The translations under genes and the position numbers were made by a program. Below the pieces are notes generated by a model. That model was not told where the DNA came from, did not search any database, and saw nothing but the letters and a program-made list of their open reading frames with translations. Below are positions 43,435-54,071 of a stretch of 64,000 nt of DNA, piece after piece (the stretch's first letter is position 1; every line of letters begins with the position of its first letter). Origin of the DNA: an uncultured Verrucomicrobiae bacterium (lineage in GTDB: Bacteria; Verrucomicrobiota; Verrucomicrobiia; Palsa-1439); the NCBI GenBank assembly GCA_963812605.1, contig CAWEWF010000001.1, positions 544,001 to 608,000 of the forward strand, written 5' to 3'.

Positions 43435-46400
43435 ATGAATAAGAAAGCACTCATTGCAATTGCCGGTGCGCTGTCCTTGCTCGTCCAGACCAACAGTCAG
43501 GCGCAAACCATCACCGCCTGGACCTTTGACAATCTCGCCGCTGCTCAAAATCAGAGTCCGGCGCCGTCTTTCGGCTTGGGACTGGCGACCCCGCTCGGCA
43601 TGTCGAACACCTATAACGGTGTCGCTAATCAGACCACCAATTTCTGCGATGTGTTGTCCGACCCTGGCAGTTCGGATGCCAGCGGCCCCAACGCCTGGCG
43701 CGTTCGCGGGGGATGGAACGGCAACAACCCACCCAACGGCTGGTCAACCAATGCGCCGATCGCCAGCCAGGGAGCCGAGTTCGATGTCAGCACCGTGGGC
43801 ATCCACACCAATATCGTGGTGACGTTTGACATCCACACGACCAAACAAATCGAAGCCAACATGGCCGTTTTATACACCACCGACGGCGTCAACTGGATTA
43901 ACTCGTTCATGATGCTGACGAACGCGGGTACCGCCGACGCGGTGGTTCTGAGCACAAACAGCCCCAACACGATTTCCGGCCCCTTCATTCAATTCCGAGA
44001 CTCGAATGCTCCCTGGTACAATAGCCTCACCGCGGTCATCACAAATCGAGCAGCCCAAAATAACCCCAACTTCGGCATCCGGCTGGTCAATGCCTCGACC
44101 GGCCCGGACTGCATCAATCAGTCGGGTCTTCCCTTCAACAGCTCGTCCGGCAACTTTCGGTATGATAACGTGTCAATTTCCGCGGGCAGCTTGGCTCCAG
44201 CCATTCCGTTCACCCCGGGCGACCTCGTCGTCTACCGGGTCGGTAATGGGATCAACACGCTTTCGAGCAACGGCAACGTTGTTTTCCTTGACGAGTACAC
44301 GACCAATGGCACCTTCGTCCAATCGGTCCCCTTACCCAGCACGCAGACTGGAAGTAACTCGGCGTTCGTCGCCAGCGGCACGGTTGTGTCCGAAGGCGGT
44401 CTATCGCTTTCGACGAATGGCTTGTACTTGCTGGCCACCGGTTATGCGACGAATACCCAATCCGGCGCCTCGCTGACCGGTACCTCCTCCGTCACGGTGC
44501 CGCGCCTGGTGGCGCGGGTGGACTACGCGGCCACCGTTGATACGACAACCGTCTTGTCGAATTGGTCCAGTGGCAGCAGTCCGCGCTCCGCCGTCTCACC
44601 GGATGGCCTCAACATTTGGGTCGGTGCCGGGACCGGCGGCGTCGGTTACACGACTTTCGGCGGTACGTTCGTGACCGTGCTGAACACGAATCCGCCCTCC
44701 GATACTCAGCGGCTCGGCATCTACGGCGGTCAACTTTATGCGATGACGGACCGCGGCATGAATGGCCTCTATGCCATCGGCTCGGGATTGCCCAATACCG
44801 GCAACCAGCTCGCGACCATCCTCGCCGGATCGCCCGGCAACGGTGCGCTTTCCAATAACGCGGCGGCCGGCTACAACTTTGTGTTCCTCACTTTGCAAGG
44901 CGGTGGCTCCTCGCCCGACACCCTCTACTACGCGGACAACGGCAGTAACGGCGAAAATGGCAACAAGGGTGGAATCCTGAAGTACTCGCTGGTCAGTGGC
45001 ACGTGGACCTCCAACGGAACCATCAACGCCTTTGGGGTTACGGGATTGACTGCGAAAAAGCAAATTACCGGTAGCACAACCAATGTTCTCCTTTACGCCA
45101 CCAGCACGAATAACACGATCTATGCCATGGTCAACTCGACCGGCTACAACGGAAATCCGTCGGGGGTGGCGGTCGCCACGCTCGCCAACGCTCCCACGGG
45201 CACGGCATTCCGTGACATTGCCTTTGTTCCAATCTTCACCACAGCGGAATGCGTGCTCACAGTGGATAGTACGCAAATCAACGCTCCGGCCTCTGGGGGC
45301 ACCGCATTTACCATCAATGTGACCGCCAATTCGAACCTATGCACATGGACGGCTTCCACGGATGTGAGTTGGATCACCAGTCTGTCCCCGACCAGCACGA
45401 ATGGCAGCGCCGCCCTCACCTTCAACCTGTCCAGCAACGCCGGCGGATTGGTGCGGACCGGCCACGTCGTCGCCGCGGGCTTGACCAATACAATCATCCA
45501 GACTGGCGCCACGAATGTTGCCTTCACCGCCGGCAACATCGCCGTTGTCCGGGCGGGCGACGGCATTGAGGATCTCTCGACTTCGGGACTTCCTATCTTC
45601 CTCGACGAGTACACCACGAACGGAACCCTCGTTCAGTCAATTCCCCTGCCCAGGACGTCTTACAGCGGCAACTTTCCGTTCACCTTCAGCGGTACAGCCA
45701 GGACCGAGGGCGGCCTTTCCCTGACTGCAGACGGCCGGTATTTGCTCGCGGTCGGCTACGGCGGCACAACCGCCGGCGCTACCGTGCCCGGGGTGGTGGC
45801 GCGGGTGAATTCCGGCGGCAACGTGGATACCTCGACGAACCCAACCAATTGGATAAGTGGTAATCCTCGCGACGCGGTTTCGCCCGATGGCACCAACATT
45901 TGGCTGGGTTGCAATGGCCTCGGCGTTGGTTTCACGACGTTCGGCAGTCGCTCCGAGACCACATTGGTCACGAATGAGGGCAGTTGGAACATCGAGCGCA
46001 TCGGCTTGTTCGGAGGCCAGGTCTACGGGATGACGGGCAAGACCACGAATGGCCTGTATGCCATCGGCACGGGCTCGCCCACGACTGGCAACCAGATAGC
46101 GACCATTCTGCCTGGTAAACCTGGCTTCGGCGCCAGCGGGAGCCTGGTAGGGGACGGCTTTAAATTCGTGTTCTTCACCCTGAAGGCCGGTAACACTAAC
46201 TTCGATACCCTGTATTACGCTGACGATGGCAACAACAACGAATTTGGCGGCTACGGTGGCATCCTGAAGTACTCGCTGATCGGCGGTGTCTGGACGATCA
46301 CCGGCGACGGGAGTGGCGACGGAACCGGCGCCATCGGCGCTTTGGGAGACGACGTAGGCCGAACACCGCGAGTTACGGGGCTGACCGGGAAACTGCAAAT

Positions 46401-47049
46401 CGCCGGGAACACAACGAATGTCATCTTGTACGCAACAAGCTTTTCGAACAACGTGATTTACGCTGTTACCGACAACACCGGGTTCAACGGCGATCCGTCG
46501 GGATTGACGCTTACGACTCTTGTCGGGCCGGCCACGAACAAGAGCATCCGTGATATCGCCTTCGTGCCGACTGGCTCGGGTGGAGTCGCGCCGACGGATC
46601 CGTTCATCACATGGCAGAACCAGTACTTCACGATAAGCCAAATGATGAACCCAGCGATAAGCGGGCCAAATGCGGATTACCTGGGCAAGGGGATGAGCAA
46701 CACCAACCAGTTCCTGGCGGGATTCAATCCCACCAATGCTGCGGCTTACGTCCATATCACCAGTATTTCCAAGACGAATGGCGGCACGGACGTTCGGGTG
46801 GATTACCTGGGAGCCAGCGGGGACAGCAGCCGCGCGCAGCCGGGGCCCTTGTTGTCCCGTACCAACGTGCTGGAGTTCACCACGGGTACGGCCAGTGGCG
46901 GCTATAGCAGTACTAACTTCGCGAGCACCGGTGTCATGCAAATCCTCAGCAACGGTGTCGGGCTCGGCACATTGACCAACATCGTGGATCCGGGCGGGGC
47001 GACGAATGGTCCATCGCGATATTATCGCGTCCGCGTGCTGGTGCCGTAG
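43435..47049 (+). CDS. large secreted surface protein: beta-sandwich, two ~340-aa repeats, BACON-like spacer, verrucomicrobial C-terminal tail
   Basis: Signal peptide; repeats FTxG...RDIAFVP at 44209-45231 and 45523-46569; CTWTASTDVSWIT; WQNQYF...FLAGFNPTN...RYYRVRV. Confidence 0.88.
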   Translation: MNKKALIAIAGALSLLVQTNSQAQTITAWTFDNLAAAQNQSPAPSFGLGLATPLGMSNTYNGVANQTTNFCDVLSDPGSSDASGPNAWRVRGGWNGNNPPNGWSTNAPIASQGAEFDVSTVGIHTNIVVTFDIHTTKQIEANMAVLYTTDGVNWINSFMMLTNAGTADAVVLSTNSPNTISGPFIQFRDSNAPWYNSLTAVITNRAAQNNPNFGIRLVNASTGPDCINQSGLPFNSSSGNFRYDNVSISAGSLAPAIPFTPGDLVVYRVGNGINTLSSNGNVVFLDEYTTNGTFVQSVPLPSTQTGSNSAFVASGTVVSEGGLSLSTNGLYLLATGYATNTQSGASLTGTSSVTVPRLVARVDYAATVDTTTVLSNWSSGSSPRSAVSPDGLNIWVGAGTGGVGYTTFGGTFVTVLNTNPPSDTQRLGIYGGQLYAMTDRGMNGLYAIGSGLPNTGNQLATILAGSPGNGALSNNAAAGYNFVFLTLQGGGSSPDTLYYADNGSNGENGNKGGILKYSLVSGTWTSNGTINAFGVTGLTAKKQITGSTTNVLLYATSTNNTIYAMVNSTGYNGNPSGVAVATLANAPTGTAFRDIAFVPIFTTAECVLTVDSTQINAPASGGTAFTINVTANSNLCTWTASTDVSWITSLSPTSTNGSAALTFNLSSNAGGLVRTGHVVAAGLTNTIIQTGATNVAFTAGNIAVVRAGDGIEDLSTSGLPIFLDEYTTNGTLVQSIPLPRTSYSGNFPFTFSGTARTEGGLSLTADGRYLLAVGYGGTTAGATVPGVVARVNSGGNVDTSTNPTNWISGNPRDAVSPDGTNIWLGCNGLGVGFTTFGSRSETTLVTNEGSWNIERIGLFGGQVYGMTGKTTNGLYAIGTGSPTTGNQIATILPGKPGFGASGSLVGDGFKFVFFTLKAGNTNFDTLYYADDGNNNEFGGYGGILKYSLIGGVWTITGDGSGDGTGAIGALGDDVGRTPRVTGLTGKLQIAGNTTNVILYATSFSNNVIYAVTDNTGFNGDPSGLTLTTLVGPATNKSIRDIAFVPTGSGGVAPTDPFITWQNQYFTISQMMNPAISGPNADYLGKGMSNTNQFLAGFNPTNAAAYVHITSISKTNGGTDVRVDYLGASGDSSRAQPGPLLSRTNVLEFTTGTASGGYSSTNFASTGVMQILSNGVGLGTLTNIVDPGGATNGPSRYYRVRVLVP

Positions 47050-47077
47050 GAAATGGGTGGAAACGTAACAGCGCGGA

Positions 47078-48172
47078 TCAAGAGGTCTTTTGTGAGGATC
47101 TCGACAGATACGTGTCAGACAGCAATTCCAGTTGCGCGCCGGCTGGTCGTCGAAACGCCGCTGTCGAAAGCTGTGGTCCATGCTCGGGAATGCCGGCGCG
47201 GCGGCAGGCGACGGCAAACATCTTCGCGAGTTGTTCGGCGAGGATCCCTTTTCCCTGCATGCGTGAGCCGAAATCGGGATCATTCAGTTTCCCGTCGCGG
47301 ATTGCCCGAATTTGCGCGAGCACTTTTTCTTTGCGCTCGGGCAAATGGCGCGCCAGCCATTGCTGGAACAGGTCGGCCACGCCGTAGGGCAGGCGGATCG
47401 GCACCATGCCGGCGCAGCACGCGCCCGCTTCCGCCGCTGCCTTGAGGATGGCAGGTAATTCGTGATCGGTAAGCCCGGGAATCACTGGGGCCACCATTAC
47501 TCCCGCGGGCACACCGGCTTTCGTTAACTCCCGGATCGCCCGCAAACGCGCGGCCGGTTGCGCCGTGCGCGGTTCCATAATCCGCGCCAGGTTCGCATCC
47601 AATGTGGTGACAGAGAGAAACACGGCGGCTGCGTGGTCGCGCGCCAGGTCGGCCAGCAGGTCAATATCGCGCGTAACCAGGAGATTTTTTGTGATGATCG
47701 CGACCGGGTTGCGGAATTCCGCAAGCACCTGCAAACATTTGCGGGTGACTTGCAGCCGGCGTTCGATGGGCTGGTAGCAATCGGTCACGCCGCTCATGGC
47801 CAGCACCTGCGGTTTCCACTTCGGCGCTGACAATTCCCGACGCAATAACTCCGGCGCGTTCTCCTTGACGACGATTTTCGTCTCGAAGTCGAGCCCGGCT
47901 GAAAAGCCGAGGTATTCGTGATAAGGCCGGGCGTAGCAATAGACGCAGCCGTGCTCGCAGCCGCGGTAGGGATTGATGCTCGCTTTGAAGCCGACGTTGG
48001 GGCTGGTGTTGCGGGTAATAATGGAAACGCTGGCATCCCGATAAAACTGCGTCTTCGGCGCGGGATCGTCCGGCTCGTCCCACTCCGCATCGCGCTCGTA
48101 CGCGGTATGCTCGAAGCGATTGGTCGGATTCTCCGCCGCCCCCCGCCCATGAATGGATTTACCTGCGCTCAT
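47078..48172 (-). CDS. PA0069-family radical SAM protein
   Basis: SINPYRGCEHGCVYCYARP, SGVTDCYQPIE. Confidence 0.93.
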   Translation of the reverse strand: MSAGKSIHGRGAAENPTNRFEHTAYERDAEWDEPDDPAPKTQFYRDASVSIITRNTSPNVGFKASINPYRGCEHGCVYCYARPYHEYLGFSAGLDFETKIVVKENAPELLRRELSAPKWKPQVLAMSGVTDCYQPIERRLQVTRKCLQVLAEFRNPVAIITKNLLVTRDIDLLADLARDHAAAVFLSVTTLDANLARIMEPRTAQPAARLRAIRELTKAGVPAGVMVAPVIPGLTDHELPAILKAAAEAGACCAGMVPIRLPYGVADLFQQWLARHLPERKEKVLAQIRAIRDGKLNDPDFGSRMQGKGILAEQLAKMFAVACRRAGIPEHGPQLSTAAFRRPAGAQLELLSDTYLSRSSQKTS

Positions 48173-48235
48173 CTGCACGACGATAGCACTTGCAGTCAGG
48201 CTGTCAAAGTAGGAGGCGCCCGGGTTTGCCAAACT

Positions 48236-48415
48236 TCACGCCGGCTGAACTTCCACGGAATCAATTTCCCCGGAGCGCACGCGTACCGCGACCGTCATGG
48301 GACGGCAGCACACTTCGCAGTCGATAATAAACTCCGAGCCGCCGTCAGTTGGGTCGAACGAAATCTCGAAATCTTCCCCGCAATGAGGACAGGTGATTGT
48401 CAGAAATTCGCTCAT
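48236..48415 (-). CDS. CPXCG-motif cysteine-rich protein
   Basis: CPHCGE...DCEVCCRP. Confidence 0.88.
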   Translation of the reverse strand: MSEFLTITCPHCGEDFEISFDPTDGGSEFIIDCEVCCRPMTVAVRVRSGEIDSVEVQPA

Positions 48416-48567
48416 GGACCAACTGTAGCCTACCGGAGCAGTTGAGACGATTTTGGTCCAAGTGTCACTTATGTAAGTCGCTCTAATCAAGCATCTTAAA
48501 CAGGGCGCTGGCTCGTGTGAAACCCTTGTGGTATGTTAGACTAAGCCCGCAGGGTAGGAAGACCGTT

Positions 48568-50091
48568 ATGGATGAGAAGATTCCAGAAGTGACGCAGTCG
48601 CAAGGGACAACAGTGGTAGCAACGTCTCCTTCGACCCAGGCATCTCGCGAAGCGCCGAAGGCTCCCAAGCTTGAGGAGATCCGGCGCAAGTCAGCGGACT
48701 ACCTGGAAACCGTCAGCAGCGGAAAAAAACTCGATCCCGAGGACAAGAATCGGATCATCACCCACACGCTGGAGAATTTCGACGACTACTTTAATCGCGG
48801 TTTTCTCCACTACCGCAAATCCGTCGCGGAAGCCGAGGACTTTGCCGCCATCGAATGGACGGGCCAGGGTTCGATCATCGAGGACATCATGGGCCGCAAG
48901 TTCATCGATTGCCTCGGCGGTTTCGGCGTTTACAACATGGGGATTCGCCACCCGAAAATTATCGCGGCGGTCAAGGCCCAACTCGAACGGATGCCGCTTT
49001 CTTCCCAGGAACTGCTCGACCCGTTGCGTGGTTTTCTCGCCGAGTTGCTGGGCGAACTCGCGCCGGGCGACCTGCAGGAATGTTTCTTCATCAGCAACGG
49101 GACCGATGCGGTCGAAGGCGCGCTGAAACTGGCGCGGCTCTACACAAAGAAAGCCGGCTTCATCTCGACCACAGGCGGTTTCCACGGCAAATCGATGGGT
49201 TCGCTCTCCGTGATGGGTCGCGCGGTATATCGCAAGCCGTTCCAACCGCTGTTGTCGAACGTTCATTTCGTGGACTACGGCGACATGAAAGACCTTGAAC
49301 GCGAACTCAAGAAACTGACCGATCTTGGCGAGGACATCGCCGCGATCATCCTGGAGCCCGTCCAGGGTGAGGCGGGCGCCGTGGTGCCGCCGGACGATTA
49401 TTTGCCGCGGGTGCGGCAGCTCTGCGATGAGTTTGGTGTTCTGTTGATCTTTGACGAAGTGCAGACCGGCATGGGCCGCACGGGCCGGGTGTTTGCCTGC
49501 GAGCATTGGAACGTGGTGCCGGACATTCTCTGCCTCGGGAAAGCGCTCGGTGGCGGCGTGATGCCGCTCAGCGCTTTCATGAGCACACCAAAAATCTGGA
49601 AGGTGCTTGAAGACAATCCGTTTCTTCACAGTTCCACTTTTGGCGGCAATCCGCTCGCCTGCGCCGCCGGCATTGCCGCGATCAATGTGTTGCTGGAGGA
49701 GGACCTTGCGCAACAGGCCGCGGAAAAGGGCCAATACCTCATGAAGCGACTCGGTTCGCTGCAGTCGACATATCCCGATATCCTCAAACAAGTGCGGGGC
49801 AAAGGACTGCTCATCGGGCTGGAATTTACGGATCGATTTATTGGCTATCGCGTGGCCGCGTCCTTGTTCAAGCGCGGCGTGCTCGTCGCGGGCACACTGC
49901 TCAGCGCCCGCACCCTTCGCATCGAGCCGGCGCTGAACATCAGCTATGCGCTTCTCGACGAGATGCTCGACAAGCTGGCGGACGCATTGAAGCAGATTGA
50001 GAAACAACTCGAGAAGGAAGCGCGGGAAAAAACGCCCAAGGACAAAGACGCCAAGGAATCGAAGGACGGGAAAGACGGCAAAGGAGATTAG
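48568..50091 (+). CDS. patA: putrescine aminotransferase (class III)
   Basis: N.GFL.YRKSV, DCLGGFG, SQELLDPLR, DEVQTGMGRTG, KALGGG. Confidence 0.88.
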   Translation: MDEKIPEVTQSQGTTVVATSPSTQASREAPKAPKLEEIRRKSADYLETVSSGKKLDPEDKNRIITHTLENFDDYFNRGFLHYRKSVAEAEDFAAIEWTGQGSIIEDIMGRKFIDCLGGFGVYNMGIRHPKIIAAVKAQLERMPLSSQELLDPLRGFLAELLGELAPGDLQECFFISNGTDAVEGALKLARLYTKKAGFISTTGGFHGKSMGSLSVMGRAVYRKPFQPLLSNVHFVDYGDMKDLERELKKLTDLGEDIAAIILEPVQGEAGAVVPPDDYLPRVRQLCDEFGVLLIFDEVQTGMGRTGRVFACEHWNVVPDILCLGKALGGGVMPLSAFMSTPKIWKVLEDNPFLHSSTFGGNPLACAAGIAAINVLLEEDLAQQAAEKGQYLMKRLGSLQSTYPDILKQVRGKGLLIGLEFTDRFIGYRVAASLFKRGVLVAGTLLSARTLRIEPALNISYALLDEMLDKLADALKQIEKQLEKEAREKTPKDKDAKESKDGKDGKGD

Positions 50092-50094
50092 GCC

Positions 50095-51576
50095 ATGAGA
50101 CACCAGTGGATCGGGGGCCAATGGCTCAAATCCAGCCGCGATCGCATCCCGGTCGTCAATCCCGCCACCGAAGAAGTCATCGACCACATTCCGCGCGGCA
50201 CCGCTGCGGACGCCGATCGGGCCGTGCAAGCCGCCCGCGAAGCCTTCAAAATTTGGCGTTGGATGCCCGCTGTTGAAAAGGCGCAACTGCTTCATGCCAT
50301 CGCTCGCGATCTGCGGGCCCGTCACAAGGAACTGGCAACTGTCATGACCGAGGAGGGCGGCAAACCTTTCTGCGAAAATCGCGATGAGGTCGAATGGGTG
50401 GCAGCGTGCTTTGATTATTACGGCGAAATTGGGCGGAACTCGCGCGGCAGTTCGCTCCCGCCGGTCGCCCATCATCAAGTCAATTTCACGATCAAGGAGC
50501 CGTACGGCGTGGTCGTCGGCATTATTCCGTGGAACTATCCGCTGCTGCTGATGGCGTGGAAGGTCGCGCCCGCGTTGATGGCCGGTAACACGGTCATCCT
50601 CAAGCCGAGCGAAGAGACACCACTTTCCACGCTCGATATTGCCGACATTTTTGGCGCGCATCTCCCGAAGGGTGTCGTCAACATCGTGACGGGTTTCGGT
50701 GAGGAAATCGGGGAGGCGCTGGTGAGACATCCCGGCACCGATCTGGTCGCGCTGACCGGCTCGGTGGAAACGGGCAAGCACGTCGGACAACTCTGTGCGG
50801 CGCAGGTGAAGAAATTTCACGGCGAACTCGGCGGCAACGATCCGTTTATCGTTTGCAGCGACGCGGACCTGGAAATTGCGAGTCGCGCGTGTTGCTGGGC
50901 CGCATTTCTCAACACCGGCCAGGTTTGCACCAGCGCCAAGCGCATTTACGTATTCGACGACATCGCGGAGGAATTTACGAAACGAGTTGTCAAGGTCGCA
51001 GAATCGCTGCGGCTGGGGAATGGACTCGATCCCGAGACAGAGATTGGGCCGCTGATCAACCGGAAGCAATTGGCGGATGTCGAATCGCGTGTGAGGGATG
51101 CGGTGCGTGATGGCGCCAAGGTGCTTTGCGGCGGACGCCGCTCGCCGAAGTTCAAAAAAGGTTTTTTCTACGAGCCGACCGTCATGGTGAACGTGAAACA
51201 GAAAATGCGGCTGGTCCACACTGAGACTTTCGGCCCGATTTTGCCCATCATGCGCGTCAAGGGAATCGATCACGCCATCGAATTGGCCAATGATAGCGTA
51301 TACGGCCTCGGCGCGAACATTTACACGAACAACATGGAATGGGCGATGGCCGCGATGGAGCGGATCACCGCCGGTACGTTCTGGATCAATGACCCGCTCA
51401 CCGACAACGATGCCGGTCCGTTCGGCGGAATGCGGCAAACGGGCCACTCGCGCGAACTGGGCGAGGAAGGCATCGATGAGTTCCGTGAAACCAAGCACGT
51501 GCATCTCGATTACAAACAGGAACTCAAGCCGTATTGGTACGGCAAGCGGTACAATAAGGATGCGCCGGGTGTTTAG
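50095..51576 (+). CDS. aldehyde dehydrogenase
   Basis: PWNYP, TGS, ELGG, GQVC, ETFGP. Confidence 0.93.
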   Translation: MRHQWIGGQWLKSSRDRIPVVNPATEEVIDHIPRGTAADADRAVQAAREAFKIWRWMPAVEKAQLLHAIARDLRARHKELATVMTEEGGKPFCENRDEVEWVAACFDYYGEIGRNSRGSSLPPVAHHQVNFTIKEPYGVVVGIIPWNYPLLLMAWKVAPALMAGNTVILKPSEETPLSTLDIADIFGAHLPKGVVNIVTGFGEEIGEALVRHPGTDLVALTGSVETGKHVGQLCAAQVKKFHGELGGNDPFIVCSDADLEIASRACCWAAFLNTGQVCTSAKRIYVFDDIAEEFTKRVVKVAESLRLGNGLDPETEIGPLINRKQLADVESRVRDAVRDGAKVLCGGRRSPKFKKGFFYEPTVMVNVKQKMRLVHTETFGPILPIMRVKGIDHAIELANDSVYGLGANIYTNNMEWAMAAMERITAGTFWINDPLTDNDAGPFGGMRQTGHSRELGEEGIDEFRETKHVHLDYKQELKPYWYGKRYNKDAPGV

Positions 51577-52558
51577 CGGGAGGGGAAACGTCTTTGCGTC
51601 GCTCTTTGTTCTTACAGCCCTGTTGCTTTCCACGAGTTGTACGGTTGTAGAGCACGTCGGCATCGCCCTGCTTTATAAAAAGGCGCCGCTTCCGGATGCG
51701 CAGGTGAGGTACGATGTGCCTTATGTCGACCACAGCCTGCTCGCGGAACAGCGGCTGGATCTGTTTCTTCCCGCAGGAACGAACTGGCCGGTCTTTATTT
51801 TTGTGCATGGCGGGAATTGGGACGCGGGCGACAAGGGTCTGCGCGTGGGTGGAGCGGATGTTTATGACAACATCGGACGCTTCTATGCGGCGCGGGGCAT
51901 CGGCGTGGCCGTCATCAATTATCGCCTGCAGCCAACGGTCAGTTGGCGCGAACAGGTCAAAGACGTAGCGGCGGCGACGGCCTGGATTCATGCTCACATT
52001 GCGGAGTATGGCGGAAATCCTCACCGGATATTCCTGGGCGGGCATTCCGCCGGCGCACAACTCGCCTGTCATGTAACCTTGAATCCAAAACCACTGGCGG
52101 AGGAGGGTCTTTCGCCTTCGATTATTAGCGGTGTGATTTCGGTGAGCGGCGCGGGGCTTGACCTCGCGGACCAGAAGACCTACGACCTGGGGGCGAAGCG
52201 GGCCTTCTATGCCGTTCGGTTTGGTAATAAAGGTCCCCGCGAGGTCTGGCAGCAAGAGGCATCGCCGGTAAGTTACGTCACTTCCAATGCCCCGCCCTTT
52301 CTCATCTTGTACGCGGCAGGGGAGAGCAAAGCACTGCAACGGCAAGCGCAGCGATTACGAGAAGTCCTGGAGGACGAGCATGTTTCCAATCAACTGGTCG
52401 TCGTGCCGGGTCAAAGTCATGAGCGCATGGTTCTTACCCTGAGCCAGCCGGATCGGACTTCGGCGAGCGCCATTCTTGATTTTATTCACGAAACCGCGCA
52501 AAAGAACTTCGAAGCGCAACCACTGAGGAGATTAACGCATGTTGATCCTGGCCATTGA
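51560..52558 (+). CDS. alpha/beta hydrolase (HSL-like esterase)
   Basis: HGGNW, GHSAG; start trimmed to ATG at 51560. Confidence 0.88.
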   Translation: MRRVFSGRGNVFASLFVLTALLLSTSCTVVEHVGIALLYKKAPLPDAQVRYDVPYVDHSLLAEQRLDLFLPAGTNWPVFIFVHGGNWDAGDKGLRVGGADVYDNIGRFYAARGIGVAVINYRLQPTVSWREQVKDVAAATAWIHAHIAEYGGNPHRIFLGGHSAGAQLACHVTLNPKPLAEEGLSPSIISGVISVSGAGLDLADQKTYDLGAKRAFYAVRFGNKGPREVWQQEASPVSYVTSNAPPFLILYAAGESKALQRQAQRLREVLEDEHVSNQLVVVPGQSHERMVLTLSQPDRTSASAILDFIHETAQKNFEAQPLRRLTHVDPGH

Positions 52559-53996
52559 TCTTGGCACCACGGGCAATCGCGCCATCGTATTCAACCATGA
52601 GACGCGCGTGCTCGCGAAAAGCCATCGCGAATTTCGGCAACTCTTTCCGCAACCAGGGTGGGTCGAGCACGATCCTATGGAAATCTGGGAGACCACCCGT
52701 GCCGTAATCGCGGAGGTTGTGGCCCGGGTGGACGCCGGGCAAATTGCGGCGGTAGGCATTACCAACCAGCGAGAGACCATCGTTTCCTGGGACCCGGAGA
52801 CCGGGGAACCGTTGCACAATGCCATCGTCTGGCAGGACCGTCGCACCAGTGCGCGCTGCGCGGGAATCAAGCGCGAGGGCTTTGAAGGGGAAATCCGCCA
52901 GCGTACCGGGCTGGTCTGTGATCCGTATTTCTCCGCGACGAAAATCGAATGGTTGCTGCAAAATGTGCCCGCTATACGGCGTGGGATTTTCGGGACGATT
53001 GATTCCTGGATCCTTTCGAAACTCACCGGCGGCCGGGTCCACGCCACGGATGTGAGCAACGCCTCGCGCACGATGCTCTTCAATCTTCAAGAGCGCCGTT
53101 GGGATGGCAAATTGCTGGAGTATTTCGGCGTGTCGCGGGAAGCACTACCCGAAGTGCGCGCCAGTTCCGGGGAGTTTGGCATGCTGGATCCGGGCTTGTT
53201 CGGTTTTTCGGCGCCGATTTGCGGCGTGGTGGGCGACCAGCAAGGCGCGATGTTTGCGCAGGGTTGTTACGAATCGGGGATCATCAAGAACACGTATGGC
53301 ACCGGTTTGTTCCTGATGATGAATACGGGAGCGACGCCGAGGACCTCGAATCACCTGCTCGCCACGATTGCGTGGCAGATCGGCGACAAGGTTGATTACG
53401 CGCTGGAAGGCAGCGTTTTTGTTGGCGGCGCGGCCATTCAATGGCTGCGCGACCACTTGCAGATCATCACGGCCTCTCACGAAACGGAATCACTGGCCGC
53501 CAGTCTTTCCTCCAACGACGGCGTCTATTTTGTCCCGGCGTTGACGGGGCTCGGCGCGCCGCATTGGGATGCGGGCGCGCGCGGGACGATCCTCGGTCTG
53601 ACCCGCGCCACCACCCGGGCGCATCTGGTCCGGGCCGCGTTGGAGGCCATCGCGTACCAAACGCGGGACCTGGTGGACGCGATGTGCGCGGAACTCGACA
53701 CGCCCCTGCGCAAGCTACAAGTGGATGGCGGCGCCTGTGCCAACAATTTCTTAATGCAATTCCAAGCGGACATTTTGGGCGTGCCCGTCGAGCGGCCGGC
53801 GATGATTGAAATGACCGCGTTGGGCGCGGCCGGCCTGGCGGGACTTCATGCCGGGGCATGGTCGAGTCCATCCGATTTCCTGTCGCATCGCATCGTCGAA
53901 CGCGTGTTCCAACCGGCGATGCTCGCGCCGTTGCGCGAGAGTTTGTACGCGAAATGGCAGGAAGCGGTAGCGCGGTCGCGTGGCTGGGCGACTTAA
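52539..53996 (+). CDS. glpK: glycerol kinase
   Basis: DLGTTG, TNQRET, WQDRR, PYFSATK, GDQQ, KNTYGTG. Confidence 0.95.
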   Translation: MLILAIDLGTTGNRAIVFNHETRVLAKSHREFRQLFPQPGWVEHDPMEIWETTRAVIAEVVARVDAGQIAAVGITNQRETIVSWDPETGEPLHNAIVWQDRRTSARCAGIKREGFEGEIRQRTGLVCDPYFSATKIEWLLQNVPAIRRGIFGTIDSWILSKLTGGRVHATDVSNASRTMLFNLQERRWDGKLLEYFGVSREALPEVRASSGEFGMLDPGLFGFSAPICGVVGDQQGAMFAQGCYESGIIKNTYGTGLFLMMNTGATPRTSNHLLATIAWQIGDKVDYALEGSVFVGGAAIQWLRDHLQIITASHETESLAASLSSNDGVYFVPALTGLGAPHWDAGARGTILGLTRATTRAHLVRAALEAIAYQTRDLVDAMCAELDTPLRKLQVDGGACANNFLMQFQADILGVPVERPAMIEMTALGAAGLAGLHAGAWSSPSDFLSHRIVERVFQPAMLAPLRESLYAKWQEAVARSRGWAT

Positions 53997-54071
53997 GGTA
54001 GGGGTTTCGTTTCGCTTCTGTAACACTGCGGTGACCCATTCGTCACCAGCGACAGGCATAGTAGAATTACA

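Noticed and set aside
48691-51663. 990-aa minus-strand ORF
   Set aside because: Shadow of patA and the aldehyde dehydrogenase
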